Under the pieces are notes generated by a model. The model made no database searches. It saw only the letters and a list, made by a program, of their open reading frames with translations, and was not told the DNA's origin. Both the position numbers and the translations under genes were made by a program. A DNA stretch of 64,000 nt from Candidatus Bathyarchaeota archaeon (lineage in GTDB: Archaea > Thermoproteota > Bathyarchaeia > Bathyarchaeales > DTEX01): positions 32,001 to 96,000 of the forward strand of contig CAVQNT010000007.1 of the NCBI GenBank assembly GCA_963714275.1, read 5' to 3'. Position 1 is the first letter of the stretch. The number at the start of each line of letters is the position of its first letter. Below are positions 22,540 to 34,008 of this stretch, one piece after another.

Positions 22540-22880
22540 ATTATATATTTATGCAAGAGACAGCAAGACATACCCTTAGTCAAAACCTGACTAAATTAAC
22601 TAAAAAAAATAAATGGAAATTTCGAGTAAAACGTAACAAACATTAATAATCTTCACACAAATGGTCTTTTAATTTTCTCTTTCTTATAGCAGAACTGATT
22701 TATTTTTTTCATTTATTTATTTTTTTAGTTAATTTATTTTTTTTATTTGAGATTTGAAAGAGGTTTATTATTAAAAATTTATGCAGAATACCTTAGTCAG
22801 ATCTTAAATAAATTCAATAAAAAAAATAAAAAAAATAAAGGGAGATTTTAGGATTTAAGATTAATTTAATCACTTAGATC
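22540..22880. repeat. Very AT-rich region with direct and inverted repeats (candidate element origin)
   Basis: tacc(c)ttagtca at about 22571 and 22789; taaattaactaaaaaaa(a)taaat at 22592 with an inverted copy at about 22712-22735. Confidence 0.5.
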
Positions 22881-22945
22881 TGTATGATTTTCCCTTTCTA
22901 AAGTGCTTAACAGAGTTCGTAGACAATCCAGATTTCCTTTAAAGT

Positions 22946-25055
22946 CTATGAAAAGGGCGTTTTGTTCTCCTCGCCTTGTAACAGAAAGCCAAAGTGTTGT
23001 AAGCTTTGATTGAGTCTTCTTTGCCCGCTTGGAGTTTCTGGAATATTTTGTAGAACGCTAGAGAAGTAAGTTATAGGCTTTAGATGTTCGTTAAGTCCAT
23101 TGTAAGTCGTTGTTAATTCTGAAAGAGGCATGATATTTTTGGCATCATTGGATTATTGTTGGTGAAAGCACATGCTCCTAGAACAATGGCTTTCCACTTT
23201 CCGCTAGGCAAATTCTTATACTGATTCAAAAGCCACAATTCATGAGGAACACTGCTAATAGTGGTTAACATTTGCGTAATGGAGTTTATGATTAAATTGC
23301 AGATATGTGTAACATCTTCCTCCGCATCCTGAAGAATTTTGTTGATGTCATAGTCTCCTAAGTAAACTTCTTTCAGATTGTCTAATATAGCATGCTTCAA
23401 TGCTTTTCCTCTTATGTGCCTGAAAGCACCCTTGAAACTTAAACAATATTCTCTGATGTCAGGGAAAGAGGCAGTAGCAGAGTGGAGTCGATGTAAGATT
23501 TGATTACATCGGAAAAAGTTTCAGGAGGAATGTCCTTATCTAACCACGTTTGCACTTGTCTATTAGGAAAGATTGTACTTTGTACTCTAGTATTTACAAC
23601 TGATATTATATGGGTGTAGACAAGCTCATTTTTGTCTATAGTTTCATCGTTCAATGGCTCTATGTCTGTGCCTTGACTGTCTTTTTCTTTCTTAGCAATG
23701 TCTAGTTTTAGTAAGATTAGAAGTAGTCCTAATCTTGAAGATACGGGTCCTGATACAATTGCATGCCGTGATATATATTCAGCAAAGTATTGAGCAAGTT
23801 GGTTACGGTCAACAGCGACAGGATTATCTGCATCAGAAATTTCTGTCTGAGGAAGGTTAAGCAAGCAAGTTACAGAAGCAGTTGTCCTTGCTACCACTGG
23901 TCCTTTGCCCTTCCCTGCTCTTTGAACTCCTTTCTCTTTTATCTCTAATAGATTTCTTATAGCTTCTAGTATATAGTCTTGTACACTGTCTAACATCGAG
24001 AGTTCCGTATTGTCCGTCAAAATTCCTATATTTTCAGCATCAGCAGTCGCAAACCCGACTAATCCTGCTCTTGAAGCATCACTGAACCACACTCCACCGC
24101 TAATTCTTGCTATTTTCATCGCAAAAGTAGTTTTTCCCAATTTTGTAGGAGAAAGCAAGTCTGTATGGTCTTGATACTTCATTATTATCTCAGGAGTTTT
24201 TTCGTCCTCATAGGGATTGTCGTGAAAATTTATCACTTGAGATTCTAAGGCATAAATCATGTCAGCATTTTTGTACCACCCTTCGTAACAAAAGTCATGT
24301 CTGATTCTTTCAAAGTCCCAGCTCTGTATATTGTTGATTTCTTGGGGAGTCAATGGTTCAACAATTTTGAAGAGAAAAGGTGTGTTTAAGTGTTTATTAA
24401 GTATGTTTGTCCATATTTCATAAGGTTCAAGTGAGCGAGACTGAAACTTTCCATTTTCATCTGGTTCCTTTACCGTTGTTACTATGTTGCGTTCCTTAGT
24501 TATCTCAAAGATTACTTTTGATTCAGGTTCGGGAGTAGGAAATGCCAATGCATTTTCGGGTCCAAGAAAAAGTTCGTCTCGTGTAAGTGGCATTATTCTA
24601 TGCCAGTCACCAGTTAGCCTATACGTAGACTTCGTTAATATATAGTTTAAGGGAGTTCCAACGTCACATCTATATTTGTAAATGCTGTACTGATAGACAT
24701 AATTGTTAGAGTTCCAAGGTTTGTGGTTGTAGTATAGAGTGAAGTCTCTCAAGTTTACTTTTTTCTTTGCTGTTATACCAGAATAGTCAGGAGGCAGGTC
24801 TTGCAGACCAGGTCGTTCAGGAGGCAAACTAAGTCCTGACACTTTTTTCAGCCTCCTTTTGAGAGAGTACGTCAGGTTTTTGTCTACTATCCACAACATG
24901 CTTGAGCAGGGTTTTTGATAGATAATGTGTACATTCTTGTTTCTTTGGATGAGTTTCTTTAAATCCAGAAAATCCCTATATTTGCCTTTTAGTACTAATG
25001 CAAAGAATATTGGTTCGTCTAGGAAATTTTCTATCTCTTTATCCAATGTTATCAC
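22946..25055 (-). CDS. Divergent MCM-like AAA+ helicase (C-terminus split by indels)
   Basis: SPTKLGKT, ASRAGLVG, GIL...MLDSVQD, LLEIKEKG...AGKG, TASVTCLLN and SSRLGLL occur in MCM motif order. Confidence 0.7.
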
Positions 25056-25698
25056 TCTCTGATTTATTTAATTCTGAAATCTCACAGGGACACCTACTTG
25101 CGTAGGCGTTAACGTGGCGTTAAGCCACAATTTTCAGATTATTAATTTTTTGGTTTCTGACTCTTCACCTTTTAAAGGTGGATTTTAAATCCCTCTACAT
25201 ATGGGGCATTCAGAGGTCTTTAATCACAATTTAAATTTGTGACCGTGATTTCTATTTCCTTATTTATATAATAACAGTGATCCTATATTTAAATTTTATT
25301 TTTTTTTACTAAAAGTTGTGAATATAACAAAAAATTTATATATCTTAACATCATATAAAACTCAGCTAGGATGTGGTAATCTCTTGAGACAAAGACCAAA
25401 AAGGAAGCGTAAGACAAGGCTTGAAAAACTAGCAGAAAAATACCCAGCCAAGAAATGGGGAAACTTGGAGAAGTTCGTTCATCCTGAGGAATAGAAGCGC
25501 ACGCGCTAATTCAAATTGGAACCCGCATAAAATGGAGAAGTATGTGCTATCGCAGAATTTTTAGATGAGAATTTGAAAGGAATCAATCTCAATGGATTGA
25601 AGTTAGACAGCAATGTCCTCGAGTTCAGTTTTAGAAGGCATTTCAAAGAGAAAGAAGATGATTCTCTTAATCTGGAATGATAAATCCTAAATCTTCAA

Positions 25699-26974
25699 TC
25701 AATCGTTCTGCCTTATTTGCTTCTTTTTTGTAGACTTTGGTAGTTTGAACTTTCCTCTTTCTTCAGGTGTCATTTCTCTTGTGCCTTCAAGTATCTTCTT
25801 TAGACCTTCTTCAGTATGTAACCTCACGAATCTTTCGAAGTCTGCTCTTAAATCTGCATAATTCTTCTTTTGCTCTTCTAGGTCCGTCTTAAGGGTTGTA
25901 ATCTGTTCTGTGACTTCAGAGGGAATAACTGCCTTTTCAATTACTTTCTCAATTAACGGAGTTAGGTAGTTTTCCACATTAGCATATATCTGCCTCAAAT
26001 TATCTTTCTGAACCTGTCCTTGAAAATAAGTTTCCTCCATCCCTTCCAATGTATGTCCCATCATCCAGTAGACAATGTTTTTGTTGGCGTTATGTCCTTG
26101 CAATTGACTATCAAAATACTTTCTAAAACAGTGTACTCTAACCCTGCCATGTTCCCCGTCTAATCTGAGGCTTGTCTTTTTCGCTAAATCTTTCATCATA
26201 CTATTCCATTGCTGTTCAGATAACTTATTCCCTTCTTGACCTGTAAAGATATATTGCTCTCTTAACCCATCATCTTTTACTCTAGCTCTCAGATCAGCTT
26301 TTAACAACTCCACGCCATATTTGCCGAGAAACGTAAAACGCCATCCTATCTCCCTGCCCTCTGTCTTTTCTGGAAGGTAGTCAATAGCCATAGGAACTTT
26401 TAAGGCATCTAACTTCCCTAAATCAAACTCCTTTAAATCCTTCACCTTCAGCTTTTGAACGTCACCTATCCTCATGCCTGTTTGTGCTAACCAAACAATT
26501 CTTCAGCTTCTCTTTCATATCACCTGCGTCAACTATCGCTTTATAATCACTTTCAGATAACTCGACATCATGAAATTTCCTTTGTTTCGACTTTCTATAC
26601 TTTGTATCTTCTTTGCAAAGTGGGTATCCCCAATAGCTATAAAATGACTTGACTATCAGTCTTGAAGTTGCAATAGTTTTGGGTGCAAGTCTTTTCTCCT
26701 CTTCTATTTGCTGAAACACACGCTGAAATAACCTTTCTGATTCTTTCTTTCTTTGAGCAAAATCCATTAATAATTCGCCGTCAATCTGCTTATACTCAGA
26801 CATTCTATCTTCAATCAATTGTCTTGGAGCCTTACCAGCATATTTACAAAACTGTTTTATCTCTCTGAGATACAATGGTCTGCTTTCATTAGACTTCCCT
26901 AGTAGCCATTGAATAACTGCATCTTGGTCTGCTTTTTCTGTAAATGCCTCTTTTACCTTTTCTTCATGACTCAT
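25699..26974 (-). CDS. Tyrosine recombinase/integrase with C-terminal coiled coil (split by an indel)
   Basis: GMRIGD, HCFRK, MGH, ETY catalytic residues; SAM-like N-terminal domain in 26462-26974. Confidence 0.9.
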
Positions 26975-27099
26975 TTACTTCTTTTCCTCAAAAATATAAT
27001 CTTAGAGGTCTTATTTAAATTTTTTTATTATAAAAGATGGGAAAATTACTATTTTCATTCACCTGAAAGCCAAAAATCTAGATAAGTCCATGACGGTTG

Positions 27100-27180
27100 C
27101 GGTATGTCACACAAATCAGATAGCCTCCCGTAAACAGCGTTTATTGTTCAAAATTGAAACTCGGTTGTTGAACAAATCAT
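27100..27180 (-). repeat. 60-bp-period repeat, locus A (2 units)
   Basis: Reverse complement: tgatttgttcaacaaccgagtttcaattttgaacaa...ggctatctgatttgtgtgaca; period 61. Confidence 0.75.
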
Positions 27181-27232
27181 ACTAAGTAGAAACACTTGAA
27201 TCCACATATAAAAAGAAAAAAGTGTTGGGACT

Positions 27233-28432
27233 CTAAGCGGGAATTGTCACCCACTTGCTCTTTTCTGACGATTCCTCGATTGCGGACAGTATTTCTTGGC
27301 ATTTCAGCCCGTCGTAGAAGGTTGCACCCAGCGGAGCCACTGACTTGTCGTTCACTATGCAATCTACCAAGTGGTGGATTTCGTGCGCGAAAGTATGTTC
27401 CCAGCCGATAATGTGCCCCTGCGGCCACCAGTGCTCCATGAACGGGTGAACGCTTTCGGTGACCAGAATGTTGCGGAAGCCCATTCTGTCATCCTGGTCC
27501 TTCTTTGAGTAAACTTCCAGTTCGTTCAGCCGTTCAAGGTTGAAGCTGATTGACCCTTCTGTCCCGTGAACCTCAACCCTCTGATAGTTCTTTCTTCCTG
27601 CACAGAAGCGGGAACTTTCAAGGCTACCGACCGCGTTGTTCCTGAACTTGACCATGGCGATGAACATGTCGTCCACGTCAACCTTGCCCTTCTTTTCTGG
27701 ATTATCCTGCAACTGGCGTTCCTTGATGAAGGTCTCAGTTAATCCGCAAATTGAGGCGAAGTCTCCCACGAGAAACCTAGACAAGTCCACGATGTGTGCT
27801 CCTAGGTCGCCTAATGCTCCTGATCCAGCGACGCTTTTCCTCAGCCTCCAAACCAAAGGAAACGAGGGATCCATAATCCACTCCTGAAGGTAAACGGCTC
27901 TGAACTGAAGGACTTTGCCGATGTAGCCTTCGTCAATGAGGTTCCTCGCCAGCCTCAACGCGGGAACAAAACGGTAATTAAAAGCTGTCATGTGCTTTAC
28001 GCCCGCCTTCTCAGCAGCCTCATACATCGCCCTCGCTTCCCTGAGGGTTCCAGCAAGTGGCTTCTCGCAAATCACGTTCTTTCCAGCTTCGACTGCCGCT
28101 ATGCAGGGTTCAGAATGCAAGTTGTTTGGCAAACAGTTGTCGACAAGCTGAATCCTCTTGTCTTTGACGACATCCTTCCAGTTAGTGTAGTAGGTTTCAA
28201 ACCCATATCTTTTTGCCAGCTTCACTAAAGCCTCCTCCGTTCTTCCGCAGAGAGCTATCAAGCGCGGTCTCGCAGGAGGCGGATAGAAGAACACTGGCAT
28301 CTTTTTGTAACCGTTTGTATGAGCTTTGCCCATGAAGGCGTAGCCTAACACGCCGACGCTGATGTCTTTAACTTCTTTAGGTTCCTTCGAAACCTTGCCC
28401 ATCGTCACAAATCCGACTTCTTTCTTCGACAC
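27233..28432 (-). CDS. Gfo/Idh/MocA family oxidoreductase
   Basis: GVLGYAFMGKAH, CEKP, GALGDLGAH, WWPQGHIIGWEH. Confidence 0.92.
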   Translation of the reverse strand: MSKKEVGFVTMGKVSKEPKEVKDISVGVLGYAFMGKAHTNGYKKMPVFFYPPPARPRLIALCGRTEEALVKLAKRYGFETYYTNWKDVVKDKRIQLVDNCLPNNLHSEPCIAAVEAGKNVICEKPLAGTLREARAMYEAAEKAGVKHMTAFNYRFVPALRLARNLIDEGYIGKVLQFRAVYLQEWIMDPSFPLVWRLRKSVAGSGALGDLGAHIVDLSRFLVGDFASICGLTETFIKERQLQDNPEKKGKVDVDDMFIAMVKFRNNAVGSLESSRFCAGRKNYQRVEVHGTEGSISFNLERLNELEVYSKKDQDDRMGFRNILVTESVHPFMEHWWPQGHIIGWEHTFAHEIHHLVDCIVNDKSVAPLGATFYDGLKCQEILSAIEESSEKSKWVTIPA

Positions 28433-28435
28433 TTT

Positions 28436-29406
28436 TCACCACCACACCTGCTTAAGGGGAGCCTTGATTATTAATGACTTTAGGAAAGCTATGCATTTTT
28501 CGCACCCGTCTTCGCGGCTCATCACGGGGTCTTCGTGCTCGTAACTCAGGACAAAATCATAGTGGACCTCAAGCAGCGCGGTTATTACCCTTTTCCATTC
28601 AACATCGCCCCAGCCTACGACCCTGAACCTGAACCCTCTGCCCTGCCTCATCCACCCGCCCGTTGGTATAACGCCTGACGTTGCGACGTTCTCCTTCACG
28701 ATCTCTGCATCCTTGGCATGCGCATGATAGATTCTATCCCCGAACTTCTTGATGAAAACAACAGGGTCAATTCCCTGCCAGACGAAGTGACTCGGGTCGA
28801 AGTTAACCCCGAACTCTTTTCTACCATCAACCGCCTTTATCGCCTGCTCCGTCGTTTCAACGTTGTACGCCTGTTCCTGCGGGTGAACCTCGTGGGCAAA
28901 CTTAATCCCATGCGCAGCAAACACGTCGAAAATGGGGTTCCAACGCTCAGCGAACATCTTGAAACCTTCCTCGTAAATCTTCTCGTAGGCGGGTGGAAAA
29001 ATGTACCATGCTCCCCAATACGGTGCTCCGATGAACCCGTTCACGACGCTAACATCAAGCGCAGCTGCAGTTCAGCAGTTTTCTTCATGCGTTCCGTGCC
29101 ATATTTTACTTTTTCTTCCGGTGTGCCTTTGAAAAAGTCGTCTGTTGAAGCGCCGTGAGGCCCGAGCACAAGTTGCCCTTCAAGGTGGTTGCTGATTCCA
29201 GAAATTGAAAGCCCATATTTTTCGACTGTTTTTTTAAGTTTCGTGGCACCGCCGCTTAGGACGTTGTCGAGGTCGAGGTGAGTGCTTCCCTTCCATGCTG
29301 CGAGTTCAACGCTTTCGTAGCCGAGCTTTGAAACATATTCTAACACTTTTTCCAGTTTAAGTTCATTGTACAGAACGGTGAAGATACCTATCTTCAAACG
29401 AGTCAA
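28436..29406 (-). CDS. Sugar phosphate isomerase/epimerase, xylose isomerase-like TIM barrel (split by an indel)
   Basis: HEVHP, NFDPSH, HAHAKD, SYEHED. Confidence 0.88.
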
Positions 29407-29532
29407 TCTCCTATATGTTTTTTGTGAAGTCTAGTATCACCATATTGTCTTAAATAATTTACACTTACCAATGAATTACAGAAAAATTGTTATATGAAGA
29501 AATAAGCTCTGTTTGGTCAAAAAACGGTCTTG

Positions 29533-29724
29533 TCACTCAACTTTCTTGGCAACAGAATATTTGCGGATCTTCAGGTCGTTAATTATTTCATTGCTCTCGA
29601 AAAGTCTCCTCAAAGAGCTGAAAACGGCTTTTGGTTTTTTGTCCAATTTCCCAGCAATCTCGACGAGAGTAAGAGGCCCAGATTCGCTTAGCAGCTTAAG
29701 AACCTGTTCGTCCAGCTTGTTCAA
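29533..29724 (-). CDS. Small winged-helix DNA-binding protein
   Basis: LDEQVLKLLSESGPLTLVEIAGKLDKKPKAVFSSLRRL. Confidence 0.7.
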   Translation of the reverse strand: MNKLDEQVLKLLSESGPLTLVEIAGKLDKKPKAVFSSLRRLFESNEIINDLKIRKYSVAKKVE

Positions 29725-30005
29725 CCTCGAAGCACCTCAACATTTTCCAATATTTTCCAGCCTTCAGTATTTATCATCTTCGCTGAAAACCAAAAATCCT
29801 CTTATTGAATAAACTTTTAAAGACATTTTATTTTCTTGGTCATGTTCACAAAAAATCATGTATTATTGACCTTCATAATGGATAATACTAACCAAAATTG
29901 TGAATAGGTAGAACCGTTGATACGCAATTAAGCTTATAAAACGGATTTCGCAAAGTATCTGAAGACATAATACATTTAAGCGCGGAACGTATTGAAGGCG
30001 GTATC

Positions 30006-32089
30006 ATGTATGAGCTGTGGCTTGTCGCGCCATTATCTGCTCTAGTCTCAATCGTAGTTGGACTCTACTTCTACAATTATGTTAACAAACAGGACCCAGG
30101 AACCGAAAAAATGCAGGAAATCGCCTCTGCAATTAGGGAAGGGGCAAGAACATTTCTAAACAGGGAATACAAAACATTGGCAGTGTTCGTGTCCATAGTC
30201 GCTGTTTTCATGTTCATTTTTCTTCCTTCACCCATATGGTCAAATCCTGACCCCTTAAAAAATATAGCAATAGTTACAGCGTATGTTTTCGGATCAGTCT
30301 GTTCAGCAACAGCTGGCTTCCTCGGAATGAACATATCAACAAAAGCGAACACAAGGGCAGCCAGCGCAGCGAGAGAAGGACTGAACAAAGCCTTCACAAT
30401 AGGTTTCCGCGGTGGAGCAGTCATGGGAATGGCAGTCGTAGGTCTCGGCTTGCTCGGAGTAAGCGTCGTGTATTGGGCAACAGGCGACCCCGAAGTCATA
30501 TTGGGATTCAGCTTCGGCGCAAGTTCCCTTGCCCTTTTCGCTAAGGCTGGCGGTGGCATATACACAAAGACTGCTGACATAAGCGCAGACTTGGTTGGAA
30601 AGGTGGAGCTGAACATTCCTGAGGACGACCCGAGAAACCCAGCTGTAATTGCTGACAACGTTGGCGACAATGTGGGCGATGTTGCAGGCATGGGAGCAGA
30701 CCTTTTCGACTCATACGTGGCAAGTATCGTCGCAGTCATGATTCTTGGACAAGCCTTGAACCTGTTGCCGGGCTCCCAAGGAATATACCTTCAAATCCCC
30801 CTAGTGTTCGCTGGCCAAGGCATCCTGTCAGCTGATTGTAGGAGCTTTGACAGTAAGGGTAGGAAGCGGGGGCAACCCAGGCAAAGCTTTGAACACAGGA
30901 ACATACGTTACATGCATAATTTTTGTGGGCTTAACATACGTGACATCGGTCTTCATCCAGTATAACCTCAGAATTTGGGGAGCCTCAACAGTCGGTCTAA
31001 TTGCGGGAGTCATCATAGGCGTAACCTCGGACTACTTTACCTCAGAGGACAAGGCGCCAGTCCAAAAAACAGCGGAAGCAGCACAAACAGGAGCAGCCAT
31101 AAACATCATAACAGGATTCTCCTACGGTCTACGCAGCGTTCTACCACCACTAGTGGGAATTGCAGGCGCAGCAGTCGTAGCATACAGACTATGTGAGCCA
31201 TTAGGCACCCAATATGCACTCTACGGTATATCTATGGCAGCATTGGGAATGCTGTCAATCGTAGGCTTAGTGGTTTCAAACGACGCCTATGGTCCCATAG
31301 TTGACAACTCCAAGGGAATAGCAGAGCAGGGAGGACTCGGTGAAGAAGTCATAAACGTAACAGACGAGCTGGACGCAGCAGGAAACACTGCAAAGGCAAT
31401 AACGAAAGGATTCGCTATAGGTGCAGCGGGATTAACCGTGATTGCCCTTTTCAGCTGCATTCCAAGAAATAATCAGAAACGAAACAGGCATAACAGTCAG
31501 CTTCGACCTGATGAACCCACTCGTTCTGTTAGGCGCCTTTATAGGAACTGCCATACCCGCTGTTTTTTCAGCGATGCTTATGCTTGGAGTTGGAAGAAAC
31601 GCTTTCAGAATGATTGAGGAAATCAGAAGGCAATTTAGGGAAATTCCGGGACTCAGAGAAGGAAAAGAAGGAGTAAAACCTGAGTATAGCCGGTGCGTTG
31701 ACATCGCAACCAAAGGCGCATTACAAGAGCTTCTACCAGCAAGCGTCATGGCCATCGCTGCAACATTGATTGTTGGGTTTGTCGGCGGAGTCGAAGCGTT
31801 AGGTGGATACCTCGCTGGCAGCATTTTCTCAGGACTACTATTCGCGTTGCTTATGGCTAACGCTGGTGGCTTATGGGACAACGCCAAGAAACTGATAGAG
31901 TCCGGAGCGTATGGCGGAAAAGGGTCAGAAGCTCACAAAGCAGCAGTCATAGGCGACACTGTTGGCGACCCATTCAAGGATACTGCTGGTCCATCGCTTA
32001 ACACGCTGATTACTGTGATGTCGCTTGTATCTTCATTAATTGCCATGTTGGTTTTCAGGTATAACCTACTAACGCTTTTAGGCTGGTAA
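30006..32089 (+). CDS. hppA: Membrane-bound ion-translocating pyrophosphatase (split by indels)
   Basis: GGIYTKTADISADLVGKVE, EDDPRNP, DNVGDNVGD, DAYGPIVDN, GDTVGDPFKD. Confidence 0.95.
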
Positions 32090-32202
32090 AAAGCGAGTAA
32101 CATTTCAAACATTCACCATCCCAATACTTTTTAGAAAACCTTATCTAAGTCACACTCGCATATTCTTCGAGAACAAAAAATCTAGATTCCCAAAGATTCC
32201 AC

Positions 32203-33053
32203 ATGACACAAGCTGGGATAACAAGACGAAAATTGCTGCTGGATTAATCGGTTGTGGCGCCATCGGAACCGTTATAGCTGAAGCGATCGATGCAGGGAAA
32301 GCTGGAGACATCGAACTTACAGCTGTATACGATCTTGTCAAAGAACACGCAGAGAAACTGATTAGCGGACTGAAGAAGAAGCCAAAAATAGCCCATGAAG
32401 CGGACGACCTTATTTCAGATAGTAAAATTCAGATAGTCATAGAAGCTGCCTCGCCTGAAGCAGTAAAACAGTATTCCGTGAGACTGCTGTCTGAAAACAA
32501 GGACCTGATGGTTATGAGCGCAGCAGCCCTCATTGACGAAAAACTTTTTGCTGAAATATCGAGTTTAGCCAAGAAAAAGAGGCGCAAGGTTTACGTGCCT
32601 TCAGGGGCAATTGTGGGTTTGGACAACATTAAATCCGCTGCCATAGGCAAGATCGACGAGGTTACACTTACAACCAGAAAGCCGCCTCAAAGCTTCGAGG
32701 GTGCTCCGCTTGTCGAAAAAAACCACATCGACCTCCACTCATTAAAAAAACCTCTTGTACTATACGAGGGGTCAGCAAAAGAGGCTGTGAAACTTTTCCC
32801 TCAGAACGTCAATGTTTCAGCCACGTTAAGCCTTGCTGGTATTGGACCTGAAAAGACGAAGGTTAGAATCATAACAGACCCGGAGACAAAAGTTATTTCG
32901 CACGAAATACACGTGAAGGGCGATTTCGGAGAGTTCGAAACCAAAACCATTAACCGACCTTTCCCAACAAACCCGAAGACGAGCTTCATTGCTGCCTTGT
33001 CAGCTATAGCGACTTTGAAAAAGATTAGCGAAAATATCATTATCGGAACCTAA
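32203..33053 (+). CDS. nadX: L-aspartate dehydrogenase (start approximate)
   Basis: GLIGCGAIG, EAASPEAV, PSGAIVGLD, FPQNVNV, NPKTS; next to nadC. Confidence 0.9.
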
Positions 33054-33124
33054 AAAGACAAGTCTCTTCAATGTGGCTTTTCATTATACTTGCAAATTTA
33101 TATCAAGTCCGCATCTAATTCATT

Positions 33125-34000
33125 ATGAAAGGGGTCACAATTATGACGATACCCAAAAAAGCCTTGCAGGATGAATTGAAAAGATTTTTGGATGAGGATG
33201 TGGGTCAAGGCGACATTACGACAAACGCGATTGTTCCAAAAGACACACACGTATACGCTCAGATAATCGTTAAGGAACCCGCCGTAATCTGCGGCATCTA
33301 CGAAGCAAAAGTTTTCTTCGAAATACTCGGAGTTAGCTTTTCAGAAAAAGTGAATGATGGAGACGAAGTTGCTGCAGGCACAGTTGTTGCTGAGGTAGAG
33401 GGCAATGGACGCCCGATTCTTACAGCAGAAAGAACAATTCTAAACATTCTCATGAGGATGAGCGGAATAGCAACCGAAACCCGAAGGTTGGTGAATGAGG
33501 TAAAGAAAACAAGCCCCAAAGTTCGGATTGCTGCAACTAGGAAGACGGCTCCCGGTCTTCGTTATTTTGATAAACGGGCTGTTATTGTCGGCGGAGGAGA
33601 CCCGCATCGGATGAGGCTTGACGACGCTGTCCTGATTAAAGACAACCACATTGTGATCACAGGCGGAATAGATGAAGCAGTAAAGAGGGCACGGGTTTTT
33701 GTGGGTTCATCCAAAAAAATCGAGGTTGAAGCCAAAACTTTGGAACAAGCAGTCCAAGCGGCGGAGATAGGAGCCAACATAGTGATGCTTGATAACATGA
33801 CCTTAAAAGAAGCTGAAGACACGATGAAGGAACTGGCTGCCAGGAACCTGAGACAGAAAGTTATAATCGAGATATCAGGCGGCATAACGCCGAAAAACCT
33901 TGTTTCCTATGCCAAGCTTGAACCTGACATTATTTCTTTGGGTTCGCTGACGCATTCAGTGAAAGCCATCGACATGAGTCTGGAAGTAGTCGAAGCATAA
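33125..34000 (+). CDS. nadC: Nicotinate-nucleotide pyrophosphorylase (carboxylating)
   Basis: EDVGQGDIT, TRKTAPGLR, HRMRLDDAVLIKDNH, EVE, MLDN, SGGI. Confidence 0.95.
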   Translation: MKGVTIMTIPKKALQDELKRFLDEDVGQGDITTNAIVPKDTHVYAQIIVKEPAVICGIYEAKVFFEILGVSFSEKVNDGDEVAAGTVVAEVEGNGRPILTAERTILNILMRMSGIATETRRLVNEVKKTSPKVRIAATRKTAPGLRYFDKRAVIVGGGDPHRMRLDDAVLIKDNHIVITGGIDEAVKRARVFVGSSKKIEVEAKTLEQAVQAAEIGANIVMLDNMTLKEAEDTMKELAARNLRQKVIIEISGGITPKNLVSYAKLEPDIISLGSLTHSVKAIDMSLEVVEA

Positions 34001-34008
34001 ACTCTGTG

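Larger units (their letters stand above)
19900..27000 (-). mobile_element. Integrated element (provirus or plasmid-like) with integrase, MCM-like helicase, histone and wHTH genes; ends approximate
   Basis: Co-oriented AT-rich gene block with a tyrosine integrase at one end; no att direct repeats found by eye. Confidence 0.75.

Noticed and set aside
19896-27232. attL/attR direct repeats for the integrated element
   Set aside because: No convincing direct repeat or tRNA fragment found by eye at either end; boundaries remain approximate
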